From a virus (Duplodnaviria > Caudoviricetes): a stretch of 64,000 bases of DNA. Positions 9,839-19,491 of this stretch are shown in pieces. Numbering within the stretch: the stretch's first letter is position 1; every line of letters starts with the position of its first letter. The stretch lies in the IMG/VR virus record IMGVR_UViG_3300033066_002255. One strand, written 5' to 3'. A model generated the notes under the pieces. That model did no database searches and was not told the origin of the DNA. It was given only the letters and a program-made list of their open reading frames with translations. The position numbers and the translations under genes were made by a program.

Positions 9839-10684
9839 ATGAAAATCAAAAAGTCAGATATAGACAAAATTATTAAAGAAGAATTCCAAAGAATGCTTCA
9901 AAAGAAACAATTAACTTCAAAATTAGCTAAAATTAATGAATCTATAGCTTCTATGGAAGCTGAAGATGCTAAACTTAATGAGGTTGAAGCAGGTGGCGAA
10001 GAAAAAGTTTCTTCACATGCTTGGACAGGAGAAGCTAATGGTGATGTAAAATATAAACCAAAATTTGAAAAAATTGGTACTCATCTTAAAGAAGATGATG
10101 AAGATGGAATGTCATCTGAAATGAACGCTGAAGTAGAAGAAAATCCAATGGGTGAATTTGAATCTAAATTTGCTGAAATCGGAAAAGCTATTGATGCTAA
10201 ATTAGCATCTGAAATGGGTGGAAGTTCTGCAGCAGCAGATGCAACTGGAACAGAAATGCCAGCTGATTCAAATGATGTAGATGATGATTTTGAAGAAGTT
10301 GAAGTTTCTGATGAAGATAATGATGGAGAAGAAAAAGAAACTGATATTGATGAATATCATGAGATAGTTGGTGGCGTTGGAGCAGAACATGGTATGACTG
10401 CTGATGATGCTATGAAACATAAAGAAGTTAAAGAAAGTGTAGAAGAACCACTTGAAGGTCATAGTGTAGCTCAAGAAGTTGCTGCAGATGATGTAAATGA
10501 TAACATGGAAAAAGATACTCATGTTAAAGAAAACAAAAACAATAAAGGTTCTTTAATTTCTGAAGTAAAATCAACTGAAAAAAATATCTTCACTGAAGGT
10601 GTTGATGCGGCTAAAAAAGCTAAGTTGATGGAAGAATTTAATAGAATGAAAAAATTTGCAGGTCTTTCTAAAGACGAAGAATAA
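9839..10684 (+). CDS. Acidic putative prohead core/internal protein
   Basis: Very acidic; IDKIIKEEF N-motif; C-terminal RMKKFAGL resembling the scaffold end; many (I/L/V)xE sites. Confidence 0.6.
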   Translation: MKIKKSDIDKIIKEEFQRMLQKKQLTSKLAKINESIASMEAEDAKLNEVEAGGEEKVSSHAWTGEANGDVKYKPKFEKIGTHLKEDDEDGMSSEMNAEVEENPMGEFESKFAEIGKAIDAKLASEMGGSSAAADATGTEMPADSNDVDDDFEEVEVSDEDNDGEEKETDIDEYHEIVGGVGAEHGMTADDAMKHKEVKESVEEPLEGHSVAQEVAADDVNDNMEKDTHVKENKNNKGSLISEVKSTEKNIFTEGVDAAKKAKLMEEFNRMKKFAGLSKDEE

Positions 10685-10686
10685 TA

Positions 10687-11343
10687 ATGGAAATTACAAA
10701 CAAAACTCAATTACTTGAATTTCTTAGACAGCAAAGCCTGAAGCTCTTAAGTGAGAATCAGGCTTTTGCCGATAAGGAAGCATTTCAGCAGTTAGAAAAA
10801 AAACTAACTGATGTAAATGAGCATTGGGTTGATGTAGATGAAAGAAATCTTGAAAGGTTAAAAAGAGAAGAGGATTCTGCTATAAAAAAAGAAGATTATG
10901 CAGACTTACAAAGAATCAAAAAAGAAAAATTTGATGTTCTTGGTAAATTAATGGTTGCTTATAAGAAAAAAATGGACTTATATGCTCAATTAAGAGAAGC
11001 TCTTAAATCTGAAATGACAGATATGGGAACAAAAGGTTCCAATGTTTTCAAAAACAAAGAAATTACCGAATTTAATAATGAAGAATTTGAAAAAGGTAAT
11101 ACTGTTAAAATTTCAACTATAGCTACAGAATTAACTGTTCAAAAAATTTCTGATAACAATCAATATAAAGTTTTAAATAGTTCTGCTCCTGGAATTACAG
11201 AGGGAGATGTTTTGGTTTTACCTAATATGAAAATAGGTAATTCAGCACCAATAACTGTTTATAGAAAATTCGGAGAGAGATTTGAAGAAATAGGTAAGCC
11301 AACAATACAAAACATTAGACAAATAACAAAAAATCCAGCCTAA
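10687..11343 (+). CDS. Hypothetical protein
   Basis: 218-aa ORF in the operon, ending at a terminator. Confidence 0.7.
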   Translation: MEITNKTQLLEFLRQQSLKLLSENQAFADKEAFQQLEKKLTDVNEHWVDVDERNLERLKREEDSAIKKEDYADLQRIKKEKFDVLGKLMVAYKKKMDLYAQLREALKSEMTDMGTKGSNVFKNKEITEFNNEEFEKGNTVKISTIATELTVQKISDNNQYKVLNSSAPGITEGDVLVLPNMKIGNSAPITVYRKFGERFEEIGKPTIQNIRQITKNPA

Positions 11344-11357
11344 AGCTGGATTTTTTT
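11328..11357. terminator. Bidirectional intrinsic terminator
   Basis: AAAAAATCCAGC-CTAAA-GCTGGATTTTTTT between convergent genes. Confidence 0.8.
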
Positions 11358-11553
11358 ATTTTAGAAGTTCTCTTCCGTCATCTGTAATGACTTTTTGCTC
11401 TGCACGCTCAATGATATCATTTTTACCATTTCCTATTTGCTTAGGTGCCTTAGGAGCTTCAACTTTTTTTTCAGTAGAGATTAAATCTCTTGCTGAAGTT
11501 TTTTTACCTTTATTGTTCTCATTTAAGAACTCTGTATCAATCCAAATTGCCAT
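11356..11553 (-). CDS. Small hypothetical protein (TDDGRELL motif)
   Basis: C-terminus shared with the neighbouring gene. Confidence 0.7.
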   Translation of the reverse strand: MAIWIDTEFLNENNKGKKTSARDLISTEKKVEAPKAPKQIGNGKNDIIERAEQKVITDDGRELLK

Positions 11554-11557
11554 ACTA

Positions 11558-11761
11558 TTATTTATTTTCGTTTAACATTTCTCTTCCATCATTGGTAAGT
11601 AATTTACCTGAATCTTTGTGCATTATTTCAGTTGTTGGCTTTTTTAAATTAGCTTGTTTAACTGCTTCTGCATATACCTTATCTGGAGTCATAAGTTCAT
11701 TTACAACTTTTTTATTAGGAGAATTTTTTCCCCCTAAATTTGGATAAAAATAATCTATCAT
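11558..11761 (-). CDS. Small hypothetical protein (TNDGREML motif)
   Basis: C-terminus shared with the neighbour; TATTTAT upstream on the minus strand at 11777-11783. Confidence 0.7.
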   Translation of the reverse strand: MIDYFYPNLGGKNSPNKKVVNELMTPDKVYAEAVKQANLKKPTTEIMHKDSGKLLTNDGREMLNENK

Positions 11762-11791
11762 AATTTTTAATTTATAATAAATAGTTGAAAA

Positions 11792-12625
11792 TTAATTACC
11801 TTTTATAGTTTCTGGGAACTTTCCTTCATCTTCAAATTTTTCAAATCTATCAACAATATCAATAAGAATTTGTTCACGAACAATATCACTTCTTTCAAAT
11901 TTAAAGATAGCACATCCTTTTATTGGCTTTATAATTTCATTAAAAGTATCTACTGAAACATATTTTTTATTAATATCATTTTGTTTAGTATCTCCCATAA
12001 ATACAATTGTACTATTTCTACCAAGACGAGTAACAATGCTCTTTAGCGCCTTAATATCAAAATTTTGAAACTCATCTACAATAATAAATGAATTTTTAAG
12101 TGTTCTACCTCTTAAGAATTGAGCAGGCTTAAATTCTATAATTTTTTCTGACCATAAATGTTTAAAATCTTTTGGTAAAAGTATTTCATCAAAAGCATCA
12201 AAAAAAGATTCTGCATAAACAGACATTTTTTCATCTAAAGAGCCTGGTAAAGCTCCTGGGTCTTTGGTACCTGATAAAATTTCTGTTGGTTTAGAAAGAA
12301 CTATTTTACTACATCCATTTGATAAAAATGATTGTATAGCTGCATAACAAGCAACAAAAGTTTTAGAAGTTCCAGGAGGGCCTGTAACAGTTATTATTTT
12401 GTTGTTTTGCATTAACTTTATAAGCTCTTTTTGCTTTTTAGTAAGCTCAAATTCTAAACTTTTTATTTTAATAAAATCTACAGCATCTTTACTTGCATTA
12501 TTGTTTTTAGTGCTGATATATTCATCCACTTCATCTTGCATGTATTTAGGGATTCTTTTATTTGTAGCTTTTCTCTTGTCATGATTTCTATTATCTTGAC
12601 CTTTTGTTGACTTTTGTCTTGACAT
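11792..12625 (-). CDS. phoH: PhoH family ATPase
   Basis: GPPGTSKT (variant Walker A), PGALPG, FLRGRT, IVDEFQN, GDTKQND, DIVR. Confidence 0.92.
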   Translation of the reverse strand: MSRQKSTKGQDNRNHDKRKATNKRIPKYMQDEVDEYISTKNNNASKDAVDFIKIKSLEFELTKKQKELIKLMQNNKIITVTGPPGTSKTFVACYAAIQSFLSNGCSKIVLSKPTEILSGTKDPGALPGSLDEKMSVYAESFFDAFDEILLPKDFKHLWSEKIIEFKPAQFLRGRTLKNSFIIVDEFQNFDIKALKSIVTRLGRNSTIVFMGDTKQNDINKKYVSVDTFNEIIKPIKGCAIFKFERSDIVREQILIDIVDRFEKFEDEGKFPETIKGN

Positions 12626-12725
12626 ATTTTGTGTGTTTAGTATATAAATAAATAAGTATTTTTTTCAGCATTATCAATAGTAAAAGGAAATTAGTAAAAA
12701 ATAAGCTATTTATAATAAATAATAT

Positions 12726-13820
12726 ATGTCTGATAATATGTCTGCTAAAATAAATATAGATGAGCTTAAAGCCATGATAGCTAATGAAATAAAAGAAATT
12801 GGCCTACATTCAGTGCTTGGTAATGATGCTATAGAAAAAGTTAAAGATAAAGTTGTAAAAACTTATAATCATGAAAAAGCAAAAAACGATGTTCCAGAAC
12901 TTATACCTGAAGCAATAGCTCCTATTCCAGGAGAAACACCTTCTTCTGGTTTAAATCAAACTACTCCTGAAACTACTATAGATTCAACAGTTAATACTGA
13001 TTCTACTAATTTAATTTCTAATAAAAATATAGATTCTGGAACAAATGGAAATATTCCAGCTTATACTCCAGAATTACCTGAATTTATGAATAACATAGAA
13101 CCTGGTAAGGTGATTGTATTTAGTCAAAATGAATTAAGCGAAGGAGGAGAGAATTTAAGCAATAAACCGCTTAGAACCTATGAAAATCCTGATTTAAGAA
13201 AATCTATGCATGATTTATGGATGGAAAATGGAAAAAGAAAAGCAGATGTATATATTGCTAAATTAGAAAAAATAGGTACTTTAGAATTTAATTATGCAAA
13301 TGGAACAACTCAATTTGTTGAAAATAGATTTGAGCCTGATTTTGAAGCACAAGCAAAATATAAAGAGAATCCTTATATGGCAGATAATGCTGGTCCAGCA
13401 AAACCTGGTGCATTAGATATAAATGGACAGCCAAATATAATGGCACAAGGAATTTCTTCTATAGATATGGAAAGAGTTGTTGGAGACATTGTAAAAAATA
13501 TCCTTCAAAATTATTTTCTTACAAACAAAACAAGAGCTGTAAATTCAGTACTTGAAGTTTCTCCAGATGAATATAATGGATTTAATACATCTCAAGCAGT
13601 GAAACCTATGGAAGAATCATTTAATATTAAAATGATTGACCTTATTAATGATTATAATAAAATTGATACGCCAAATAGATTAAAAGAAGCTATCGAAAAA
13701 AATGATAGAAGTCTATTAATCAAAGAAAACGAAGAAGTACAAGAGTGGGAAATAGAAGGAAATTCTTATTTCTTACCAGTTAATAAAATTTCAACAAGAA
13801 AATGTTATATTAAAAACTAA
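12726..13820 (+). CDS. Hypothetical late protein
   Basis: 364-aa ORF; TATTTAT at 12707-12713; ELKAMIANEI N-motif. Confidence 0.7.
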   Translation: MSDNMSAKINIDELKAMIANEIKEIGLHSVLGNDAIEKVKDKVVKTYNHEKAKNDVPELIPEAIAPIPGETPSSGLNQTTPETTIDSTVNTDSTNLISNKNIDSGTNGNIPAYTPELPEFMNNIEPGKVIVFSQNELSEGGENLSNKPLRTYENPDLRKSMHDLWMENGKRKADVYIAKLEKIGTLEFNYANGTTQFVENRFEPDFEAQAKYKENPYMADNAGPAKPGALDINGQPNIMAQGISSIDMERVVGDIVKNILQNYFLTNKTRAVNSVLEVSPDEYNGFNTSQAVKPMEESFNIKMIDLINDYNKIDTPNRLKEAIEKNDRSLLIKENEEVQEWEIEGNSYFLPVNKISTRKCYIKN

Positions 13821-13863
13821 TTTATTTTTTAGCTATATATAACTATATTTAAAATAAAACATT

Positions 13864-14133
13864 ATGTGGAAAATTACCAATACAAGCAAGACTACAGTAA
13901 AATTCGCTGCAGCTAAATCAAATACAGTAACAATTGGAATACTTTTAAAACCAGGAGAATTCTGTATATGTGATTCAAGATTAACAACATCTATTGATGC
14001 TCAAGAAAGAAGAAAATTTATAGCTGTTGATAGAAACTATGATAACACTCTTAAATTATCATTGTGCGAAAATTATAATGTTGATGCATTGAATAATGCT
14101 ATTAATGATGTAAATGAGTATAAGAAGTCTTAA
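13864..14133 (+). CDS. Small hypothetical protein, probable paralog of 30210..30464
   Basis: KITN...LKPGE...ALNNAINDVNEY. Confidence 0.65.
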   Translation: MWKITNTSKTTVKFAAAKSNTVTIGILLKPGEFCICDSRLTTSIDAQERRKFIAVDRNYDNTLKLSLCENYNVDALNNAINDVNEYKKS

Positions 14134-14156
14134 AAATATTAAGAATTTTTAAAATT

Positions 14157-14181
14157 AAACCTGCTAAATGCAGGTTTTTTT
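14157..14181 (+). terminator. Intrinsic terminator
   Basis: AAACCTGC-TAAAT-GCAGGTTTTTTT. Confidence 0.8.
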
Positions 14182-14256
14182 ATTTTTAAGCATATAACTA
14201 TTTATTATTTTAAAAAGTGAGCTTATGTTTAATAATTAAAGCTTAATTTAAAATAC

Positions 14257-15618
14257 ATGAATACAGAAAAATCAAAAATTTTAATAGTACCCTCAGATAA
14301 TCAGGGTGTAGGACATTTCCGTTCAATTTGGCCAGCTCAAGCGCTCTCAAGTTATTTCGATGAAGAATTTGAAATAGAAATAAATTTATCTCCTAATCTT
14401 GAAAATCTTGAATATTTAAAACAGTTTAAAATAATTCATTTTCATAGACAACTTGGTCCATATGAAATTATGGAGCAAGTATTTCCAGCATTAAAAGAAG
14501 CAGGAGTATTATTAGTAATGGATATTGATGATTTCTGGGAACCTCCTGTAACACATCCTTTATTTGAGGCTGTAAAAAAAGAAGAGATATCAAAAAAAAT
14601 AATTAGAGCTATACAAATTTCTGATTATGTAACAACTACTACATCTATATTTGCAGAAGAAATTGCTAAATATAATAAGAATGTAATTATTATACCTAAT
14701 GCATTAGACATGAGAGATAAAATGTGGAAATCAGAAGTAACACCAAATCCTACAGATAGATGCAGAATTGCTTGGATTGGAGGTTCTTCTCACTATTCAG
14801 ATTTAAAACTTTTAGAAAATTCTATGGGTTTACTTTATAGAAATAAAGATTTAGAAGATAAATTTCAATTAGTAATGTGCGGATTTGATACTCGTGGGTC
14901 TATTACAGAAGTAGGACAAGATGCAAATGGTAAAGAAATAAGAAATGTAAGAGCTATTGCGCCACATGAAACAATTTGGTTAAAATTTGAAGAAATATTT
15001 ACAAACAAATATTCTGATTTAAAAATTAAAGATGAAGAATATCTTAAATGGCTTAATAAAATTAAAAAAGAAGAATTTGCAGACCAATATACAAAATCAT
15101 TTGTTAGAAGATGGACTTTGCCTTTAACTCAATATGGTAAACACTATGATTACTGCGATGTTTGCTTAGCTCCAATTGAAGGAATTGAAAGATATAAAGA
15201 GATTAAAAATGACAAAGGATTAATTGAGATAGTATCTGAAAATGATGTTAGACCTGGAACTGTTAAAACAAGACCACATTACTTTAATAAAGTAAAATCT
15301 GAATTAAAAATTATTGAGGCTGGTATGAAGAAAAAATGTTTAATAGCTCAAGACTTTGGTATTTACAAGGAGTTGCTTAAAAATAATGAAACAGGTATAC
15401 TTGTAAGTGACAATAAAGATGGATGGTATAAAGCTATAAGAAAAGTTATTCAAGACCCTATTTTTAGGGAAGAAATGGCAAATAATCTTCATGAATTTGT
15501 AAAGGATAAATATAATTTAAAAGCTGTTACATCTGAAAGAGCTAAAGTTTATAGAGATTTATTGGAAAAGCATAAAACTCAATTAGAAAATAAAACAGAA
15601 ATTAAAATAGAAGCATAA
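14257..15618 (+). CDS. GT-B fold (GT4-like) glycosyltransferase
   Basis: DIDDFW, IIPNA, IAWIGGSSH..D, DVCLAP, FN..KSELKIIEAG, ETGILV. Confidence 0.82.
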   Translation: MNTEKSKILIVPSDNQGVGHFRSIWPAQALSSYFDEEFEIEINLSPNLENLEYLKQFKIIHFHRQLGPYEIMEQVFPALKEAGVLLVMDIDDFWEPPVTHPLFEAVKKEEISKKIIRAIQISDYVTTTTSIFAEEIAKYNKNVIIIPNALDMRDKMWKSEVTPNPTDRCRIAWIGGSSHYSDLKLLENSMGLLYRNKDLEDKFQLVMCGFDTRGSITEVGQDANGKEIRNVRAIAPHETIWLKFEEIFTNKYSDLKIKDEEYLKWLNKIKKEEFADQYTKSFVRRWTLPLTQYGKHYDYCDVCLAPIEGIERYKEIKNDKGLIEIVSENDVRPGTVKTRPHYFNKVKSELKIIEAGMKKKCLIAQDFGIYKELLKNNETGILVSDNKDGWYKAIRKVIQDPIFREEMANNLHEFVKDKYNLKAVTSERAKVYRDLLEKHKTQLENKTEIKIEA

Positions 15619-15649
15619 AAAAAACCCGCAATTTAATTGCGGGTTTTTT
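15617..15649. terminator. Bidirectional intrinsic terminator
   Basis: AAAAAAAACCCGCAAT-TTA-ATTGCGGGTTTTTT. Confidence 0.85.
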
Positions 15650-15650
15650 A

Positions 15651-17960
15651 TTAAAGTTTAACTGTTGTTAGTTTATCTTCAATTGTAAACTTAATTTGTC
15701 TTGAGTCTAAATCAAGAGTCATTTCTTTTTGACTTCTATCTGTAAACTCTTTAAACCAAGATTTACCAACAATAGTTAAGAATTTAGCTTTAGATATTTC
15801 AGTCATTAATTTTGACTTATGTTTTCTAAAGTTATTTGATTTTTGATATAACCAATCTTCTAACATTTTGTTTTCATCAGTACCTTTTAAAAGAGATTTG
15901 AATTGTGAGAACTCTTTAATGTAAGGAGCTACTAACTCTTCTTTTGGTGTCAATGAAACTCCTGCTGCAATTTTAGTTTCTGCAGATTCAATGTCTTTAG
16001 CAGTTACAGATGAACTTAATTTTTCAATTTTAGTTTCTAATGTATTAACAATAATTTCTTCATTAGATTTTTCAACTGTTTTAGGAGGATTAAACCCATC
16101 AGCTTTCAAGCCTAAAGTAGCTAACCAAGCAGTAGCTTCTTCACCATAAGTATCTAAGAAACCTTTACTTGCATTATTAAACATTTTTTTCTTCAAGTAA
16201 TTGAAGTATGAATTACTTGCTTGCAATTTAACTAATTCATATTCATTTTGAAATAAATCTGTAGCAGACAATGAATTAACCATTTTTCTGTTTATAACAG
16301 GAATATGAGCAAAATTAAGTACAAAAATTTTATTTGCTTCATATTTTTCTCCTTTTAATAAACCATTAGATTGTAACTTTTTAAAAGTTGATTCTCCTAA
16401 AGATACAGGTAAATTATAAGAATGAACAATACCATCTTTAATAATAGTATAATTTCTATAAATGAAAGTATCAAATTTATTTGGAATATTAAATTTGTTA
16501 TCAGGAATAGTTACAAAACCATCATATTTTACAAGAACTGATAAATTTGCTCTTTTTTCATTCCAAGTTAAATTTGTAATAGAAGATGGCTGTAAAGAAT
16601 TGCTGTAATTGAATTCAAGGTCTGGAATTTGTTTATCTTTAACTTCTTCTAAAGTAGCTTGTAAATCAGCAAGTTTATTTTCTTTTAATAAATTTTCTAA
16701 TTTAGCCTTATCTTCATCAGAAATTTTTCCAGCTTTAGAAACAGTCTTAGAACCGATTCTCTTATACGCAAAAGCTTCGTGTTGAGGGTACCAGTTATTT
16801 TCCTCTTCCATCATAAGGTCGCTAATCATGTCAAGTACACAATATGCATCTTCTGCTGGCTCTAATGTTGGGTCATAACCTTCTACTAATCTTGAGTCAC
16901 CATCATTGATAGCATCAACGAATTTTTGCTCTAATTCTGTAATTTTTTGTGTACCGAATGTATTTGCTTTAATTTTAATCAAAGAAGCATCTCCAGTAGC
17001 TTTTAATACTTCTGAAACCATATTAAAATCACTCTTACGACTGAATGCGAACATCGCAGCATAAGCACCTTTTAAAAACTCATCGTTTTTAAATTGACCA
17101 TTAGTATAAATTTTTTCGAAATATTCAGGCCCTCCTAATAATGTTCCAGTAGGAGCTTTTTTAGTAAAATAAAAAACGTTAGTTTCTCCATCAACACTAA
17201 GTAAAACTTCATTTTTTTCATTTGGAGTATACATGATAACATCACCATCGACAACATTAAATACAACTCCAAATTCAGGAGTTTCATCTAACTGAACATA
17301 TTTTCTTTTACTTTTATTTTCATTTGAAAATTGTTTTGTCATGTATGGTTCATAATCTTGGAAGTTTTGACTAACTGTATGAATACCACCCAACGTTTGA
17401 GCCATTTGACTCATTAATTCTCTATTGCAATACCAACCATATTCTACAATAGTTGCAGCATTTAATGATTCTTTAATTTTTTCTACTGCATTAATAATAT
17501 CTTTTTGAGGCCAAGAATTATCGCATCCATCAGTCAAGAAAAATAAAGAGTGTAGATATCCACTTTTAGATTTTGAAACTCTCTCAACTACATTTTTAAC
17601 TTCTTCTAAAGGTTGTTTAAAAGCTGTTAAACCTTGAGGTCTTAAATATTTATCTACTGTTTCTTTTAGCTTTTGAAGACTTACTGGACCATTAATTTTA
17701 TAGTCTTCAATAACAACCCCAAATTCATTTTTACCTGAAAACCACAAAATTGTAGTAGAATCATTAGGTTTTAAAATAGTTGAGATTTTGTTGTGTAAAT
17801 CTGTTCTAATTCTGGATAATTCTCCAGACATAGACCCAGAACAATCAATTACGAAAATGTGATGAGTATTAACTTCTACCACTTTTTCTTTTTGAGCTTC
17901 AGGTTTAATCACTTGATTAGTGAAAAATAAGCTCTTGTTTAACTTTAAGTACTTAATCAT
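15651..17960 (-). CDS. von Willebrand factor A (MIDAS) domain protein
   Basis: IDCSGSM, GLT and FLTDG MIDAS residues; long uncharacterised C-terminus. Confidence 0.82.
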   Translation of the reverse strand: MIKYLKLNKSLFFTNQVIKPEAQKEKVVEVNTHHIFVIDCSGSMSGELSRIRTDLHNKISTILKPNDSTTILWFSGKNEFGVVIEDYKINGPVSLQKLKETVDKYLRPQGLTAFKQPLEEVKNVVERVSKSKSGYLHSLFFLTDGCDNSWPQKDIINAVEKIKESLNAATIVEYGWYCNRELMSQMAQTLGGIHTVSQNFQDYEPYMTKQFSNENKSKRKYVQLDETPEFGVVFNVVDGDVIMYTPNEKNEVLLSVDGETNVFYFTKKAPTGTLLGGPEYFEKIYTNGQFKNDEFLKGAYAAMFAFSRKSDFNMVSEVLKATGDASLIKIKANTFGTQKITELEQKFVDAINDGDSRLVEGYDPTLEPAEDAYCVLDMISDLMMEEENNWYPQHEAFAYKRIGSKTVSKAGKISDEDKAKLENLLKENKLADLQATLEEVKDKQIPDLEFNYSNSLQPSSITNLTWNEKRANLSVLVKYDGFVTIPDNKFNIPNKFDTFIYRNYTIIKDGIVHSYNLPVSLGESTFKKLQSNGLLKGEKYEANKIFVLNFAHIPVINRKMVNSLSATDLFQNEYELVKLQASNSYFNYLKKKMFNNASKGFLDTYGEEATAWLATLGLKADGFNPPKTVEKSNEEIIVNTLETKIEKLSSSVTAKDIESAETKIAAGVSLTPKEELVAPYIKEFSQFKSLLKGTDENKMLEDWLYQKSNNFRKHKSKLMTEISKAKFLTIVGKSWFKEFTDRSQKEMTLDLDSRQIKFTIEDKLTTVKL

Positions 17961-17989
17961 AATTTAAATTTAATTTATATTTTAGAAAT

Positions 17990-18020
17990 CAAATATAACA
18001 AAAAAAACTTTGAAAACAAA
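17990..18020 (-). promoter_or_regulatory. Bacteroidota primary-sigma (-33/-7) promoter for the vWA gene
   Basis: Minus strand TTTG-N19-TATATTTG. Confidence 0.75.
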
Positions 18021-18055
18021 AAAAAATTTTGGATATTTATTATAAAATATTCGCA

Positions 18056-18865
18056 ATGAAAGACATCAGTTATAATTTTGGGGCTATCAGAGACTCAATA
18101 ATGAAATTATCAGCATCTGAATTAATTAAAGAATCTTCAAGTAAAACTTTAGATTCTTTTACTGATAGATTAAAAAATAGTTCTATCCTAAAAAAGCAAC
18201 ATTTAATTTTTAAAAACATACAAGAAAGTAAATCTTTTGAAAAGGAGAGATTGGCTGAAAGATTTTTAAATCAAAATTTACAATTATTTTCTAATGAAAA
18301 ATGGAATTCAATTGTAAATGAAAATAAAACTCTTAGAAAAAATTTATTAGATGACATGCATGTAGAAGCAAAAAAGGATGAAGCTTTATTTGAATCTATT
18401 AATGTGCTAATAGAAGCTATGACAAATCCTAATTTTACAAATTTTGAAAAGGAGCAAAGTTCTTATGAATATGTTTTACAACATCTTATGAGACCAGTTA
18501 TATCTGAGTCTGAAAAATCTAAAGAAACTAATGACTCTCCAGCTTTTGCTGGAAATACTTGGAAATACATAACAAAGATGGCTATTTCTAATTTTAATGA
18601 GAGATTTAAACATTTAAATGAGAATGAAAAAAAGGCTTTTAAAATTTTAACTTCTGATGCCAAAACAAAAACTAATTATTTAGAATCTTTAAGACAAGAA
18701 AATATATCAATTATTGATAAAAAAATACAAGAAGAAAAAAATGCCAAAGCTATTGATTTATTAAATGAGTTTAGAAATAAATTAGAAAGCATAAAAAATG
18801 CTAGTCCTAATCAAATTGATGAATGTATTATTTCATGTTTAGAATTAAGTGAAGTATTAAAATAA
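18056..18865 (+). CDS. Hypothetical head-region protein (start revised to ATG 18056)
   Basis: The track's TTG start overlaps TATTTAT at 18034-18040; an ATG follows 15 nt later. Confidence 0.7.
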   Translation: MKDISYNFGAIRDSIMKLSASELIKESSSKTLDSFTDRLKNSSILKKQHLIFKNIQESKSFEKERLAERFLNQNLQLFSNEKWNSIVNENKTLRKNLLDDMHVEAKKDEALFESINVLIEAMTNPNFTNFEKEQSSYEYVLQHLMRPVISESEKSKETNDSPAFAGNTWKYITKMAISNFNERFKHLNENEKKAFKILTSDAKTKTNYLESLRQENISIIDKKIQEEKNAKAIDLLNEFRNKLESIKNASPNQIDECIISCLELSEVLK

Positions 18866-18869
18866 TAAG

Positions 18870-18894
18870 AAAACCGCCGCAGAGCGGTTTTTTT
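18870..18894 (+). terminator. Intrinsic terminator
   Basis: AAAACCGC-CGCAGA-GCGGTTTTTTT. Confidence 0.8.
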
Positions 18895-18940
18895 GTTTTT
18901 GACAAAAAAATGCTTATATTTTAAAAAAAATAAATAATTT

Positions 18941-19450
18941 ATGTCAACATATAAAAGGACTGCAAGAGAAATTAAAGTTAGTGAGAAATGTATAACTAAT
19001 AAAAATATAAATGTAAAAATAGGTACTGTAGAAAATAGAGATGCTCCTAATACTATTTATGTCTTTATTAGTTTTTGGTTACAACCAAAAAAAGAATATA
19101 AAGAAAAAGAACAAGAGTATTTAAAATCTACGCTAGAAAGAGAAATCAACACAATATATTCTGAAAAATTAAAGCCATTGCTTATAAAAAGTGAAATTTT
19201 TCCAAAGGAAAATGAAAATATTTTTATAAAAAATATACCTGATAATTTAAATTATAATGATAAAAGAAATTTTATCTCAATAGAATTATATTTACACACT
19301 TGTAATATTTTAAAGAAAGAAAAAATTCCATTAAGCGTAAAAAAGAATACTGAAATGTTTGATGAAGCTATTACTTTAAGTAATTTAATTGGAGATTCTG
19401 ATTTATTAAACAATAAATCTTTTTTTGAAATTCAAAAGAAATCATCTTAA
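18941..19450 (+). CDS. Hypothetical protein
   Basis: 169-aa ORF. Confidence 0.7.
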   Translation: MSTYKRTAREIKVSEKCITNKNINVKIGTVENRDAPNTIYVFISFWLQPKKEYKEKEQEYLKSTLEREINTIYSEKLKPLLIKSEIFPKENENIFIKNIPDNLNYNDKRNFISIELYLHTCNILKKEKIPLSVKKNTEMFDEAITLSNLIGDSDLLNNKSFFEIQKKSS

Positions 19451-19491
19451 AATATAAAAAAAAGAGGTATTTATTTAAAAAACAAATACCT

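Noticed and set aside
18029-18055. Track start codons at 18029, 26272, 35858 and 48490
   Set aside because: They overlap promoters, a terminator or the upstream gene; downstream ATGs at 18056, 26323, 35816 and 48526 fit better.
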